The notes beneath the pieces are model-generated. The model saw nothing but the letters and a program-made list of their open reading frames with translations. It did no database searches and was not told where the DNA came from. The translations under genes and the position numbers were made by a program. This document shows positions 17,303 through 27,170 of a DNA stretch of 64,000 bases, piece by piece. Each line of letters begins with the position of its first letter. Position 1 is the first letter of the stretch. Where the stretch lies: the NCBI GenBank assembly GCA_040387855.1, contig JAZKCY010000001.1, positions 25,334-89,333 of the forward strand, in the 5' to 3' direction. The stretch comes from Patescibacteria group bacterium. GTDB lineage: Bacteria > Patescibacteriota > Minisyncoccia > Phycocordibacterales > JAKAEA01.

Positions 17303-18352
17303 ATGGATGTATACTATCACGAAACAATACCAATGTCAAGCGACTTTGAGCCACAAATTCCTCCGCAGGAAGATAAACTATTCTTAGATACAGCACTACG
17401 CCCTAGTCAGTGGGACGATTATATAGGTCAAAAAGCAATCAAGGATAATCTCAACATTCTTTTAACTGCTGCTCGTGAACGAAATACTGTTCCTGAACAT
17501 ATCCTTTTTTATGGCCCTCCAGGACTTGGAAAGACTACCTTGGCTCATCTTGTTGCAAAAGAAATGAACGCCCAAATTAAAGTCACCTCGGGCCCTGCTA
17601 TTGAAAAGGTTGGTGATCTTGCATCAGTGCTCACCAATCTGTCTCCTGGTGATATTTTGTTTATAGACGAGATCCATCGACTTAATAAAGCTATTGAAGA
17701 AATATTATATCCTGCCATGGAATCAGGAAGTTTGGATATTATTATTGGTAAAGGTCCATCAGCCCGCACTATTCAGCTTGATCTTCCGCCGTTTACTCTT
17801 ATTGCAGCTACAACACGGATTTCGCTTCTCTCTTCCCCACTTCGATCACGGTTTTCTGGAGGAGTATTTCGATTGGAATTTTATACTAATGAAGAAATCG
17901 AAGAAATCGTAAAACGATCTTCAAAAATTCTAACTATCGAAATTGGAAATGAAGGTGCTGCAGAAATTGCAAAACGCAGCCGTTCAACTCCACGAACAGC
18001 CAACTACTTTTTAAAACGCTGTCGTGATTATGCGCAAGTTCACAAAACCGATCTTGATAAAACAGCAGTAGATAAAGCTCTTGATATGCTTGGTATTGAT
18101 GACAAAGGACTTACTGCTTCTGATCGATCTATCCTTGAAGCTATTATTAAAAAATACAACGGCGGCCCTGTAGGATTAAATACTATCGCAGCGTCTCTTT
18201 CAGAAGAGCAAGCAACAATAGAGGAATTTAATGAGCCATACTTATTGCAAATCGGTATGCTCGAACGAACATCTCGAGGGCGTACTGCGACTGACGCAGC
18301 ATATACTCATTTAGGTATGAAACCACCTGAACGACAAGAAAAGTTGATCTAG
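17303..18352 (+). CDS. ruvB: Holliday junction DNA helicase RuvB
   Basis: AAA+ Walker A GPPGLGKTTLA, Walker B ILFIDEIHR, RuvB C-terminal domain. Confidence 0.9.
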   Translation: MDVYYHETIPMSSDFEPQIPPQEDKLFLDTALRPSQWDDYIGQKAIKDNLNILLTAARERNTVPEHILFYGPPGLGKTTLAHLVAKEMNAQIKVTSGPAIEKVGDLASVLTNLSPGDILFIDEIHRLNKAIEEILYPAMESGSLDIIIGKGPSARTIQLDLPPFTLIAATTRISLLSSPLRSRFSGGVFRLEFYTNEEIEEIVKRSSKILTIEIGNEGAAEIAKRSRSTPRTANYFLKRCRDYAQVHKTDLDKTAVDKALDMLGIDDKGLTASDRSILEAIIKKYNGGPVGLNTIAASLSEEQATIEEFNEPYLLQIGMLERTSRGRTATDAAYTHLGMKPPERQEKLI

Positions 18353-18381
18353 CTACGCTCTATTGTTACTATAGTTACACT

Positions 18382-18912
18382 ATGGCAGGACATAATAAAT
18401 GGTCAAAAATTAAGCGACAAAAAGGTGCTTCAGATGCACAAAAGAGTAAGACATTTACTAAGCTCGTTCGATATATCACCGTTGAAGCTAAAAAATCCGC
18501 TGGTAATCTTGCTTCTCCAGGACTTGCAGCAGCAATAAAAAAAGCCAAAGAAAGTAATATGCCAAACGATACTATTGATCGTGCGGTAAAGAAAGCAACC
18601 ACTGACAATTCTGCATCAATGGAAAACATTACTTATGAAGCGTATGGCCCAGGAGGTTGTGCGCTTGTTATTGAAACCCTCACTGATAATAGAAATAAAG
18701 CTGCTCAGGAAATCAAACATATTCTCTCTAAGAACGGCTTTGCATTAGCTGCCATGGGCGCTGCTACATGGGCATTTAAAAAAGAACATCAGGAATGGAT
18801 TCCAGAAACAACAACTCCCCTTTCTCCAGAAGATAGCACCAAACTTGAAGAACTTATGAACGAGCTTGAAGAAAACGATGAGGTGCAAGAAGTATACACA
18901 AACGCTGAATAA
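18382..18912 (+). CDS. YebC/PmpR family protein, truncated (N-terminal and middle domains plus acidic tail)
   Basis: MAGHNKWSKIKRQKGASDAQKSKTFTKL matches YebC N-terminus; only 176 aa ending in acidic ELEENDEVQE tail. Confidence 0.7.
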   Translation: MAGHNKWSKIKRQKGASDAQKSKTFTKLVRYITVEAKKSAGNLASPGLAAAIKKAKESNMPNDTIDRAVKKATTDNSASMENITYEAYGPGGCALVIETLTDNRNKAAQEIKHILSKNGFALAAMGAATWAFKKEHQEWIPETTTPLSPEDSTKLEELMNELEENDEVQEVYTNAE

Positions 18913-18914
18913 TC

Positions 18915-19406
18915 ATGCGAATCATTGCTATAGATCCTGGCTACGAACGCCTAGGCATTGCCATCTTAGATAAAGAACCACGTGGAAAAGAAATGCTCGT
19001 ATATTCTAATTGCTTTTTTACACCAAAAACAAAAGCCCATCACGAACGTCTAGCAATGGTAGCCGAAGAAATTGCTCGAATTATTAATGAGTTTAATCCA
19101 GAAGCGTTAGCTATAGAAACACTCTTCTTTAGTAAAAACACTACAACAGCGTTGCTAGTAGCAGAGGCACGAGGAGTAATACTTGCTGAATGTTCACGCA
19201 AAGGACTGAAAGTATACGAGTATAATCCGTCTGCTATTAAGATAGCCGTAACAGGACATGGTAAAAGTGATAAAACCCAAGTTACAGCTATGGTTGAGCG
19301 ACTAGTAGCTATTTCAAAGCCTATCAAATATGACGACGAATATGACGCAATAGCCGTAGGAATAACGCTTTTTGCGACAGAACGATTTGGTTATCCACAA
19401 AAATGA
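18915..19406 (+). CDS. ruvC: crossover junction endodeoxyribonuclease RuvC
   Basis: MRIIAIDPGYERLG catalytic Asp start, RuvC length 163 aa, follows yebC as in many bacteria. Confidence 0.85.
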   Translation: MRIIAIDPGYERLGIAILDKEPRGKEMLVYSNCFFTPKTKAHHERLAMVAEEIARIINEFNPEALAIETLFFSKNTTTALLVAEARGVILAECSRKGLKVYEYNPSAIKIAVTGHGKSDKTQVTAMVERLVAISKPIKYDDEYDAIAVGITLFATERFGYPQK

Positions 19407-19486
19407 TTCTAAATATTTGCAAAAAAATAGCGGATTTGATACAACGAGGTGACAAAAAATTATAAAGATCATTTAGAAATAGAAAA

Positions 19487-19741
19487 ATGGGTAAAGGCAT
19501 GATTCAAGATGAATACACATCATTAGATGAAAACGAAGTCTCCTTCAGTGAATTAGAGGAGGACGAAGACGATGATGATAAAGATGAGGATGATGAAGAA
19601 GCTCCCATCACCGAGGATGATGACGACGATGCTGTAGATGAAGAAGATGAAGATTGGGATGCAGAAGATGATGCATTTGGAGATGAAGAGGATGCAGAAG
19701 ATGATGCATTTGGAATCGATAAAGACGAAGAAGAATATTAA
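19487..19741 (+). CDS. highly acidic low-complexity protein (D/E-rich), unknown function
   Basis: 84 aa, about 60% Asp/Glu, contains a tandem 36-nt repeat encoding DAEDDAFG twice; followed by a terminator hairpin. Confidence 0.4.
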   Translation: MGKGMIQDEYTSLDENEVSFSELEEDEDDDDKDEDDEEAPITEDDDDDAVDEEDEDWDAEDDAFGDEEDAEDDAFGIDKDEEEY

Positions 19742-19790
19742 AATAAAAACACCCACACTGATCCAGTGCGGGTATTTTTATTTTAATATT
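19742..19790. terminator. bidirectional terminator between acidic protein gene and tyrS
   Basis: aaaacacccacactgatccagtgcgggtatttttatttt: stem cccacactg/cagtgcggg with flanking A and T runs. Confidence 0.55.
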
Positions 19791-21209
19791 TTATTTTACT
19801 ACAATCTTTAAGAATCTACGTTTACCTATTTTGTATACTCCGTCTTGTTCTATTTTTTGAAACGGATCAGACACTTGAGTATCCAGTATCATTTCCGTCA
19901 CAGCTCCTTCATCAAGTAGTCGTCGCCATTCAGTCTTAGATGCTATAATTTTTTCTGCGAGTAATACATCTACCAGCATTGTCCCCTTCTCCACCTCAGC
20001 TGATTCTACATTTTCTGGAATGCCACCTTTCTTAAATGTATTGTTGAAATTTTCTTCTGCTTTATCTGCCGCCAATTGTCCGTGATAGATAGCAACTATT
20101 TGTTTTGCTAATTTCATCTTAAGAATTTTTGGATTGAGATCTTTATCAGCAAGGTCTTTTTTTATATCTTCAAGTTCATCTGTTGGAGTAAATGTACAGA
20201 GCTCAAAGTAATTAAGAACAGATGTATCAGGAATAGACATTACTTTGCCATACATATCACTTGGTTCGTCTGTAATACCAATATAGTTATTAAGACTCTT
20301 AGACATCTTTTCTTTACCATCAAGTCCTTCAAGAAGTTTGAAAGAAAGTACTGCCTGAGGTTCTTGAGGCGGCATATTATTTTTCATTACAGTTCTACCC
20401 ATAAGCATATTGAAGGTTTGATCTGTTCCCCCTACTTCAAGATCACAGCTACCGTAAATTGCATGCAGCACTGATGAGTCAATTCCCTGAAGCACTGGGT
20501 ACATCATTTCATGCATGTATAGCTCTTCATTGTTTTTGATTCGCTGCTGAAACATGTCACGCTCAATAAGCTGAGAATGCGTTATTTTTCGGAGCGTCCA
20601 CAAAAGATTACGCATGGTAATGACAGACACATTTTCTCGCATCTTCAAATCAGTAATTTGCATTCGAGTACTTTCAAACACAGCAGCCTTACCTATAAAA
20701 CTATTACCATCTACTTCAATATGTTTCTGAGGATCGTTGTTGTCTGTAATAGATAATCGAGGATCATTTACTGTGAGATCTGTAATTGCTGTAAACCAAT
20801 CTGAGTTTCGAATCCATGAAAAAACACGTGCATCAGTAAGCAAAATAGAATCTATCTGATCTAGATATGTCTTCATATTTTCAACTACTGCCGCCTGATC
20901 AATTTCTGGACGAACTTTGCTTTTACCTGTTGGATCACCAATCTGAGCTGTATAATCACCAACCAAGAAAATCACCTTGCAGCCCAACTCCTGAAATTTT
21001 CGTAATTTTCGAAAAACCACAGCATGACCCAGGTGAATATCTGGACGTGTTGGGTCAACACCAAATTTAATAACAATAGGCTTTGTATATTCCCCTCGAG
21101 CCTTCTTTAGGAGTTTTTGCTTAAAACTTCCATCTGGGTCGATAAATTCACCCACTCCTCGCTTAAGCAGCTCATCAATTTCTAGTTCTAGATTTTTTAT
21201 ATCACTCAT
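19791..21209 (-). CDS. tyrS: tyrosine--tRNA ligase
   Basis: class I HIGH-type motif HLGH in GVDPTRPDIHLGHAV, KMSKS motif, C-terminal S4-like domain; start placed at MSDIKN (ATG 21209), the track's longer N-terminus is probably not translated. Confidence 0.8.
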   Translation of the reverse strand: MSDIKNLELEIDELLKRGVGEFIDPDGSFKQKLLKKARGEYTKPIVIKFGVDPTRPDIHLGHAVVFRKLRKFQELGCKVIFLVGDYTAQIGDPTGKSKVRPEIDQAAVVENMKTYLDQIDSILLTDARVFSWIRNSDWFTAITDLTVNDPRLSITDNNDPQKHIEVDGNSFIGKAAVFESTRMQITDLKMRENVSVITMRNLLWTLRKITHSQLIERDMFQQRIKNNEELYMHEMMYPVLQGIDSSVLHAIYGSCDLEVGGTDQTFNMLMGRTVMKNNMPPQEPQAVLSFKLLEGLDGKEKMSKSLNNYIGITDEPSDMYGKVMSIPDTSVLNYFELCTFTPTDELEDIKKDLADKDLNPKILKMKLAKQIVAIYHGQLAADKAEENFNNTFKKGGIPENVESAEVEKGTMLVDVLLAEKIIASKTEWRRLLDEGAVTEMILDTQVSDPFQKIEQDGVYKIGKRRFLKIVVK

Positions 21210-21273
21210 ACCGCATAAATTTAGCATATTAAGGCCATTTTGTCTTATATATGTATGTGATAGGATTAACCTA

Positions 21274-23787
21274 ATGAAAAAAAGAGTAACGGGTTGGTTA
21301 TTGAGGAGAGATAGCTGGAAACAGCTTATTTTGCTTGCTGTAATAGTATTATTATTCATAAGTGGTGGTATTTTCTTGTGGGTCGCAACGCTTAAGATCC
21401 CCGATTTAGAGTCTTTTCAAGATAAAATCCTCTCTGGGTCAACTCGTCTCTATGACAAAACTGGTGAAATAGTTTTGTATGACCTCAATAAAGATGTACG
21501 CCAGCAAGTTGTTCCGTATGAAAACATCTCTCCTTACATTAAAAATGCAACTATAGCTATTGAAGATAGTGAATTTTATGTTCACAAAGGTGTTCGACCA
21601 ATGGCATTTCTTCGAGCAGTTATTGTGAACCTTCAATCTGGAGAGTTCAAACAAGGAGGATCAACTATTACACAGCAGGTTATTAAGAACGCTCTCCTTA
21701 CCTCAGACAAACGAATCTCTCGTAAAATAAAAGAATGGGTTCTTGCTCTTAAGCTTGAGCGTATCATGACAAAAGATCAAATCTTGAATTTGTATCTTAA
21801 TGGCTCACCATACGGAGGAAATGCCTACGGTGTAGAAGAAGCAAGTAAGCGTTTCTTTAACAAATCAGCTAAAGATCTTACGCTTGCTGAATCAGCATAT
21901 CTTGCAGCAATTCCTCAAGCTCCAAGCACCTATTCTCCTTTTGGAAAACATGTTGATAAACTAGAAACTCGAAAAAATGTTGTTCTTCAACGAATGAAAG
22001 AACTCAACTTCATTTCTGAAGCCGAGTATGAAACTGCTCGAGCAGAAAAAGTAACCTTTACTAAGCAAGATATAAATAGCATCAAAGCACCTCACTTCTC
22101 GATGTTTATTAAAGAATATCTCATAGAGAAATATGGTGAAGATGTAGTAAATACTGGTGGTCTTAAGGTAATTACAACGCTTGATTATAAGCTCCAAGAA
22201 AAAGCTGAAGCTATAGTTAAAGAGAATGCATTAAAAAATACTAAAAATTTTAATGCAACAAATGCAGGAATGATTGCTATTGATCCTGCAACAGGACAAC
22301 TGCTTGTCATGGTAGGTTCACGTGATTACTTCGACAAAGAAATTGATGGTAACTTCAACATTACAACGGCACACCGACAGCCAGGTTCTTCATTTAAGCC
22401 ATTTGCCTACGTAACAGCATTTACTAAAGGATATACGCCTGAAACAGTACTCTTTGATGTACCTACGCAGTTTTCAACAAATTGTGATGCATATGGAAAC
22501 CCAACATCTCCTGGAATTCAAAAAGATAGTTGTTACATGCCAAATAACTATGACTTAAACTTTAGAGGTCCAATGAGTCTAAGAAACGCCTTAGCACAAT
22601 CAATCAACATCCCAGCGATTAAAACTCTGTATCTAGCAGGAATGAAAGATACTCTTCAAACAGCTCGAGATTTGGGAATCACAAGTTTAAGTAATGTAAA
22701 TCAATATGGACTTACACTTGTGCTTGGAGGTGGCGAAGCTTCCCCACTCGAGATGACAGGCGCATACGGTGTGTTTGCCAACAACGGAATGAGAAATCCA
22801 ACTACTGGAATTCTTAAAATCACCGATCGAGAAGGAAAAGTATTAGAAGAATTTAAGGCAGATCCAAAACAAGTAGTTCCAGAGCAATCAGTACTCTTAC
22901 TCAATGATGTATTGAGTGATAATGTGGCTCGACTTCCATTGAACGGCCCAGGCTCTGCAACTGACTTTGGTTCTCGCCAAGTAGCTCTCAAAACTGGTAC
23001 AACAAACGATACTCGTGATACATGGATCATTGGATATACACCTCAAATTGCAGTAGGAGCTTGGGCTGGAAACAATGACAACTCTGTAATGATTCGAAAA
23101 ACTTCAGGACTTATCATTGCTCCAATGTGGCGACAATTTATGAATGAGGCTTTGAAAGATCTTCCTGAAGTTGCCTTCAAAGAACCAGAACCTATTGATC
23201 CAAATCTCAAACCAATCCTTCGAGGATCATGGCAAGGAGGTCAGACATATACTGTTGATCGAACAACTGGACTACCGGCAACTGATGCAACACCTCCAGA
23301 AAATCGTGAAGAGAGATCAAGCGGAGGTGAGGTTCACACGATTCTTCACTACGTAGATAAAAATAATCCTACAGGTAATCCACCAGCAAACCCTGCAAGT
23401 GATTCACAGTATTATCTATGGGAAACTCCGGTACGAAACTGGGCAGAAAAAAATGGTGCTGCTTCCCCTAATCCACAACAAAATCAACAGCAGCCTCAAA
23501 ATGGTGCTCCCCTTGTGATAATTACAAGTCCAACTGCCAACGCAAGCTTCAATAAATCCGACCGAATGAATGCAGCTATTTCAACTCAAAGCCAAACTCC
23601 TCTCAAGCGAGCAGAGTTCTACATTAACGGAACGTATGTTGGAGTAAAAAACAGTGCACCATTCAACTTAGATATTGATCTGAGCCTCAGTCCTGCTTCA
23701 CAAGGAAGCAATAATCAACTTAAGGTTGTTGTCTTCGATCAAAACGAAGTAAAAAATGAAACAACTTTACAGTTCAGTATAAAATAA
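21274..23787 (+). CDS. class A penicillin-binding protein (glycosyltransferase + transpeptidase)
   Basis: GT51 motifs EDSEFYVHKGV and GGSTITQQVIKN; transpeptidase SSFKP (SxxK) and KTGTT; N-terminal membrane anchor; extra C-terminal Gln/Pro-rich domain. Confidence 0.85.
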   Translation: MKKRVTGWLLRRDSWKQLILLAVIVLLFISGGIFLWVATLKIPDLESFQDKILSGSTRLYDKTGEIVLYDLNKDVRQQVVPYENISPYIKNATIAIEDSEFYVHKGVRPMAFLRAVIVNLQSGEFKQGGSTITQQVIKNALLTSDKRISRKIKEWVLALKLERIMTKDQILNLYLNGSPYGGNAYGVEEASKRFFNKSAKDLTLAESAYLAAIPQAPSTYSPFGKHVDKLETRKNVVLQRMKELNFISEAEYETARAEKVTFTKQDINSIKAPHFSMFIKEYLIEKYGEDVVNTGGLKVITTLDYKLQEKAEAIVKENALKNTKNFNATNAGMIAIDPATGQLLVMVGSRDYFDKEIDGNFNITTAHRQPGSSFKPFAYVTAFTKGYTPETVLFDVPTQFSTNCDAYGNPTSPGIQKDSCYMPNNYDLNFRGPMSLRNALAQSINIPAIKTLYLAGMKDTLQTARDLGITSLSNVNQYGLTLVLGGGEASPLEMTGAYGVFANNGMRNPTTGILKITDREGKVLEEFKADPKQVVPEQSVLLLNDVLSDNVARLPLNGPGSATDFGSRQVALKTGTTNDTRDTWIIGYTPQIAVGAWAGNNDNSVMIRKTSGLIIAPMWRQFMNEALKDLPEVAFKEPEPIDPNLKPILRGSWQGGQTYTVDRTTGLPATDATPPENREERSSGGEVHTILHYVDKNNPTGNPPANPASDSQYYLWETPVRNWAEKNGAASPNPQQNQQQPQNGAPLVIITSPTANASFNKSDRMNAAISTQSQTPLKRAEFYINGTYVGVKNSAPFNLDIDLSLSPASQGSNNQLKVVVFDQNEVKNETTLQFSIK

Positions 23788-23792
23788 ATCTT

Positions 23793-23838
23793 GAGTTTCA
23801 AAATAAAAACACCCTTGATCAAAAGTCAGGGTGTTTTT
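23793..23838. terminator. bidirectional terminator after PBP gene
   Basis: aaaataaaaacacccttgatcaaaagtcagggtgtttttattt: stem cacccttga/tcagggtg with A and T flanks. Confidence 0.5.
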
Positions 23839-23840
23839 AT

Positions 23841-24137
23841 TTATCGAATATCTCGAGGACAGTTCTCCCCCATGGTACGCTCTAGATCCTTCAAAATGGA
23901 TCGCTTACGCATGTAGAGTTCATTGCGGATACTTGGAGAGGCAGTGATGTATAAAATACTTTCCTTGAGGTTTATATCGCCTTCTTCTAACTGAATACGT
24001 GAGACATTATGTATTGAAGCGAGAATTGGTTTTTTAACAAGTGCCGGTGATTGAACAAGCTTAGCAAACTTTTCCAAAAGATGCTGGAGATTATTCATGG
24101 TATCTCTAGTATACCTCATGTATATTCCCTTCAACAT
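23841..24137 (-). CDS. small DUF721/DciA-like protein downstream of dnaN
   Basis: 98 aa; C-terminal ILYITASPSIRNELYMRKRSILKDL resembles the DUF721 core (V.V.SP.W.QEL...L...L); position next to dnaN is typical for this family. Confidence 0.4.
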   Translation of the reverse strand: MLKGIYMRYTRDTMNNLQHLLEKFAKLVQSPALVKKPILASIHNVSRIQLEEGDINLKESILYITASPSIRNELYMRKRSILKDLERTMGENCPRDIR

Positions 24138-24150
24138 AGATGTGTGTGGA

Positions 24151-25248
24151 TTATTTGTTAATCGGCATGACGAGATATAAGAAAGAACGTTCGTTAACGC
24201 CTCTTATTACAAGTGGTCTGTTTAAACCGTTAAATTCCAAGGCAACTGAATCTGAATCTACAGACTGGAAGCAATCTACTACGTATTTGTAATTATAGTT
24301 TATCTCAAGATCGTCACCTTCACATACAGCTTCTAGTGCCGTGCTGTTTTCTCCAACATCAGCATTTCTCGTACTCAACATAAACTTCTTTTCTGAAGGA
24401 AGAATCTTAAAATTGAGTTTATTAAACTTATCAGAGAAAAGAGTAGCTATTTTTAAAGCTTTAATAAGATCTTGTTTTAATACAGTACAGACTGTTTTAT
24501 ATTCTTTTGGAATAATTTGTCGATAATCTGGAAATACACCATCTACAACTCGTGATGTTAAATACGTACCATCAAACTTAAATGAAATTTGGTTTTTTGT
24601 AAGAGCAACTTCAACATCTCCATGACATGCATCAAGAATTCTAATAATGTCATTGATACTTTTAACCGGAATTAGAAGCTGACCAATATCCTGAGCATTT
24701 TTCATTTTTACTTTCTTTTCCGCCAAACGGAAAGAATCGGTAGCAACGAACACTACCTGATCATCGTCAGAGTAGATATACACGCTTGAGAGCTCCGGTT
24801 TCATGCTCGAGGTAGCAGATGCATAGCTTACAGATTTGATGCCCTTCACGAGGTCGCGAGCGGCCAATAACAGTTTCTTATCCCCTTCGAGCATAGGAAT
24901 AGTAGGAAAGTCATCATGGTTAAGAGATTTAATAACAGTAGTGTTTGAATCAGTAGTTACTTTTACATTTCCTTCTATCACTTCAAGAGTAATAAGGTTA
25001 CTTGAGATATTTGATAGAAAATTTGAAATGATTGATCCAGGAATAGCTACTTTACCTTCTGTATAGACTTTTACAGGAATAGTGATTTCAATTCCAAGAT
25101 CCATATTTGTAGATCGAATAATAAGATCATGTTTTGTTGCTTCAAAGAGAATACAACTTAAAACCGGTAGGGTTAAATTTTTCCCTGTGATCTTATCTGC
25201 TTTGCTTATCGCATCAACCAATTTCTCTCGTGCTGCTTCGATCTTCAT
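24151..25248 (-). CDS. dnaN: DNA polymerase III beta sliding clamp
   Basis: 365 aa, three-domain clamp, MKIEAAREKLVDAISKADKITGKN typical DnaN start; immediately downstream of dnaA. Confidence 0.9.
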   Translation of the reverse strand: MKIEAAREKLVDAISKADKITGKNLTLPVLSCILFEATKHDLIIRSTNMDLGIEITIPVKVYTEGKVAIPGSIISNFLSNISSNLITLEVIEGNVKVTTDSNTTVIKSLNHDDFPTIPMLEGDKKLLLAARDLVKGIKSVSYASATSSMKPELSSVYIYSDDDQVVFVATDSFRLAEKKVKMKNAQDIGQLLIPVKSINDIIRILDACHGDVEVALTKNQISFKFDGTYLTSRVVDGVFPDYRQIIPKEYKTVCTVLKQDLIKALKIATLFSDKFNKLNFKILPSEKKFMLSTRNADVGENSTALEAVCEGDDLEINYNYKYVVDCFQSVDSDSVALEFNGLNRPLVIRGVNERSFLYLVMPINK

Positions 25249-25295
25249 ATATATTAATTATCTTTAATTAAAAGATTTATTACTACTATTAACCC

Positions 25296-25490
25296 TGTGG
25301 ATACTGTGTATAACTCTGGGGATAGCTGTGGGTAACGGTTTTTCTTCATTTGCATATCCCCTCACTTGTGGATATGCACTGTGGATTCCGGATAAGTTAT
25401 CCACCTGTTATTTTTTATCACCAATTCATCCTCATCTAGTTCACACGCTCTACACAATTTATATCCACTTTGTCCCCAGGTTTATCCACA
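25296..25490. promoter_or_regulatory. DnaA-box cluster in dnaA-dnaN intergenic region (origin-associated)
   Basis: perfect TTATCCACA at 25482-25490, near-perfect TTATCCACC (25397-25405), plus tgtggatac, tgtgggtaa, tgtggatat, tgtggatt variants. Confidence 0.7.
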
Positions 25491-25521
25491 GTTTTGTCCC
25501 CAGCTATTTCCCATGTGTTTT

Positions 25522-26898
25522 TTAGAACATTGATCTAATCTGCTTCAATTCCTGAGCTAAGATATGATTTGTCTTTAGCTCATTTTTAATCTTTTCACAT
25601 GAGTGAATAACTGTTGTATGGTCTCTTCCGCCCAACTTTTGGCCTATTGATGGATATGAAACATCAAATTCTTCTCGAAGAACATACATTATGAGCTGAC
25701 GAGGCCGAACTACTTCTTTTCGGCGTGTTTTCTCATAAATGCTCGCTTCCTCTATATTATAGAAGTCAGCAATGGTTTTAATTACATCCTTAACAGATAC
25801 CGCTTTTTTGGGTTTAGCGTTATTTTTAATGATATTTTTAACCTCATTTACATTAAGTTCCCTTCCCCGAAGCTGAGACTGCATAAGTACAGAATTTAAG
25901 GCACCTTCAAGCTCTCGAATGTTTCCATCTATAGTGGAAGCCAAATATTCGATAATATCAGGAGAAAGATCGACATTTTGAAGCTTTGCTTTTGCACGTA
26001 AAATTGCAGCACGTGATTCTTGATCTGGATGAGGTACATCAATAATCATTCCCGCTCCGAAGCGTGATTTTAAGCGCTCTTCTAGGTTTGGAATATAGTT
26101 TGGGTGCTTATCTGATGAGAAAATAATCTGCTTATTATCATCGTATAAGTTGTTAAATAAGTGGAATAATTCTTCTTGAGACTTTTCTTTGTTAGAGAAA
26201 AACTGAATATCATCCATGATAAGTACATCATATTTACGATATTTTTCTTTAAAGTTATTTATTTTGTTATTTTGAAGTGAATTTATGTAATCAAGTGAAA
26301 ATTTTTCCGATGTTACATAGAAAATCTTCTTAGATGTAGCCGTTTTTAAGTAATTTCCTATTGCTTGAATAAGATGAGTCTTTCCTCGACCTGTATCTCC
26401 ATATATAAAGAGTGGATTATACGTAATTCCAGGTTTCTTTATTACTGCCTGACTTGCAGCATAAGCAAGTTCATTAAATGGCCCTACTACGAATGATTCA
26501 AAGGTATAGCGAGGATTTAGATTATCATCTTTATTAATATAGAAATCATTGAGTGGGAGCTCAGAAGTAGGGTTTGTTGGGAGGGTGTTTCTTTGAGATT
26601 GCTGAATTTCTTGTCTCTTTGGTTCATCTTTTGAAACTACATATTCTAAACCTCGAATATCAGCATTGTTTCGAAGGCATTTCAAGATAAATTTATGAAA
26701 TTTATTATAGAGCCAATCTTTTACAAACACATTAGGAACGCTTAGATACACCATTCCATCATCAACTCTAGATATGTGTGTATCTTTAAACCACATATTG
26801 AAGTTAGCCTTAGAAACTTCAATTTCAATTTCAGCAAGTGCACTTTCCCATAATCTCTTGGTGTCCATAATATGTTTTAGGAAAATTAGTGTGGACAT
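25522..26898 (-). CDS. dnaA: chromosomal replication initiator protein DnaA
   Basis: AAA+ Walker A GDTGRGKTHL, DnaA C-terminal HTH, N-terminal domain; start placed at ATG 26898 preceded by GGAGG (the track's longer ORF begins at an overlapping TTG). Confidence 0.9.
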   Translation of the reverse strand: MSTLIFLKHIMDTKRLWESALAEIEIEVSKANFNMWFKDTHISRVDDGMVYLSVPNVFVKDWLYNKFHKFILKCLRNNADIRGLEYVVSKDEPKRQEIQQSQRNTLPTNPTSELPLNDFYINKDDNLNPRYTFESFVVGPFNELAYAASQAVIKKPGITYNPLFIYGDTGRGKTHLIQAIGNYLKTATSKKIFYVTSEKFSLDYINSLQNNKINNFKEKYRKYDVLIMDDIQFFSNKEKSQEELFHLFNNLYDDNKQIIFSSDKHPNYIPNLEERLKSRFGAGMIIDVPHPDQESRAAILRAKAKLQNVDLSPDIIEYLASTIDGNIRELEGALNSVLMQSQLRGRELNVNEVKNIIKNNAKPKKAVSVKDVIKTIADFYNIEEASIYEKTRRKEVVRPRQLIMYVLREEFDVSYPSIGQKLGGRDHTTVIHSCEKIKNELKTNHILAQELKQIRSMF

Positions 26899-27026
26899 AG
26901 TATATACCTCCAAGAATTTTTCGAGAACTTGTGCACAGTCTATAAGTATGTTGATAACTTGTGGATAAGTGAAAAACCCTTGATAACCATTTACAATTTC
27001 ACACTTTTATTCTATACTCCCCTATT
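26899..27026. promoter_or_regulatory. oriC-proximal region between dnaA and rpmH with DnaA box and AT-rich tracts
   Basis: perfect DnaA box (tgtggataa, 26960-26968, complement of TTATCCACA), AT-rich repeats ttgataac; divergent dnaA and rpmH promoters expected here. Confidence 0.6.
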
Positions 27027-27161
27027 ATGTCTCAAACATACCAACCTAAACGAAGTAAACGAGCAAAGACCCATGGGTTTCTCGTTCGCTCAGCATCACG
27101 AACTGGCCGAAATACTATCAAGCGACGACGAGCAAAAGGACGTCATAAATTGACCGTATAA
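27027..27161 (+). CDS. rpmH: 50S ribosomal protein L34
   Basis: 44 aa ORF not in the supplied track: [44 protein letters not shown] matches L34 (KRTHGF, RRRAKGR). Confidence 0.85.
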   Translation: MSQTYQPKRSKRAKTHGFLVRSASRTGRNTIKRRRAKGRHKLTV

Positions 27162-27170
27162 ACATATTTT

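Noticed and set aside
21210-21359. 50-aa N-terminal extension of tyrS
   Set aside because: The extension is hydrophobic, not TyrS-like, and overlaps the divergent PBP gene start. Conserved TyrS sequence begins at MSDIKN.
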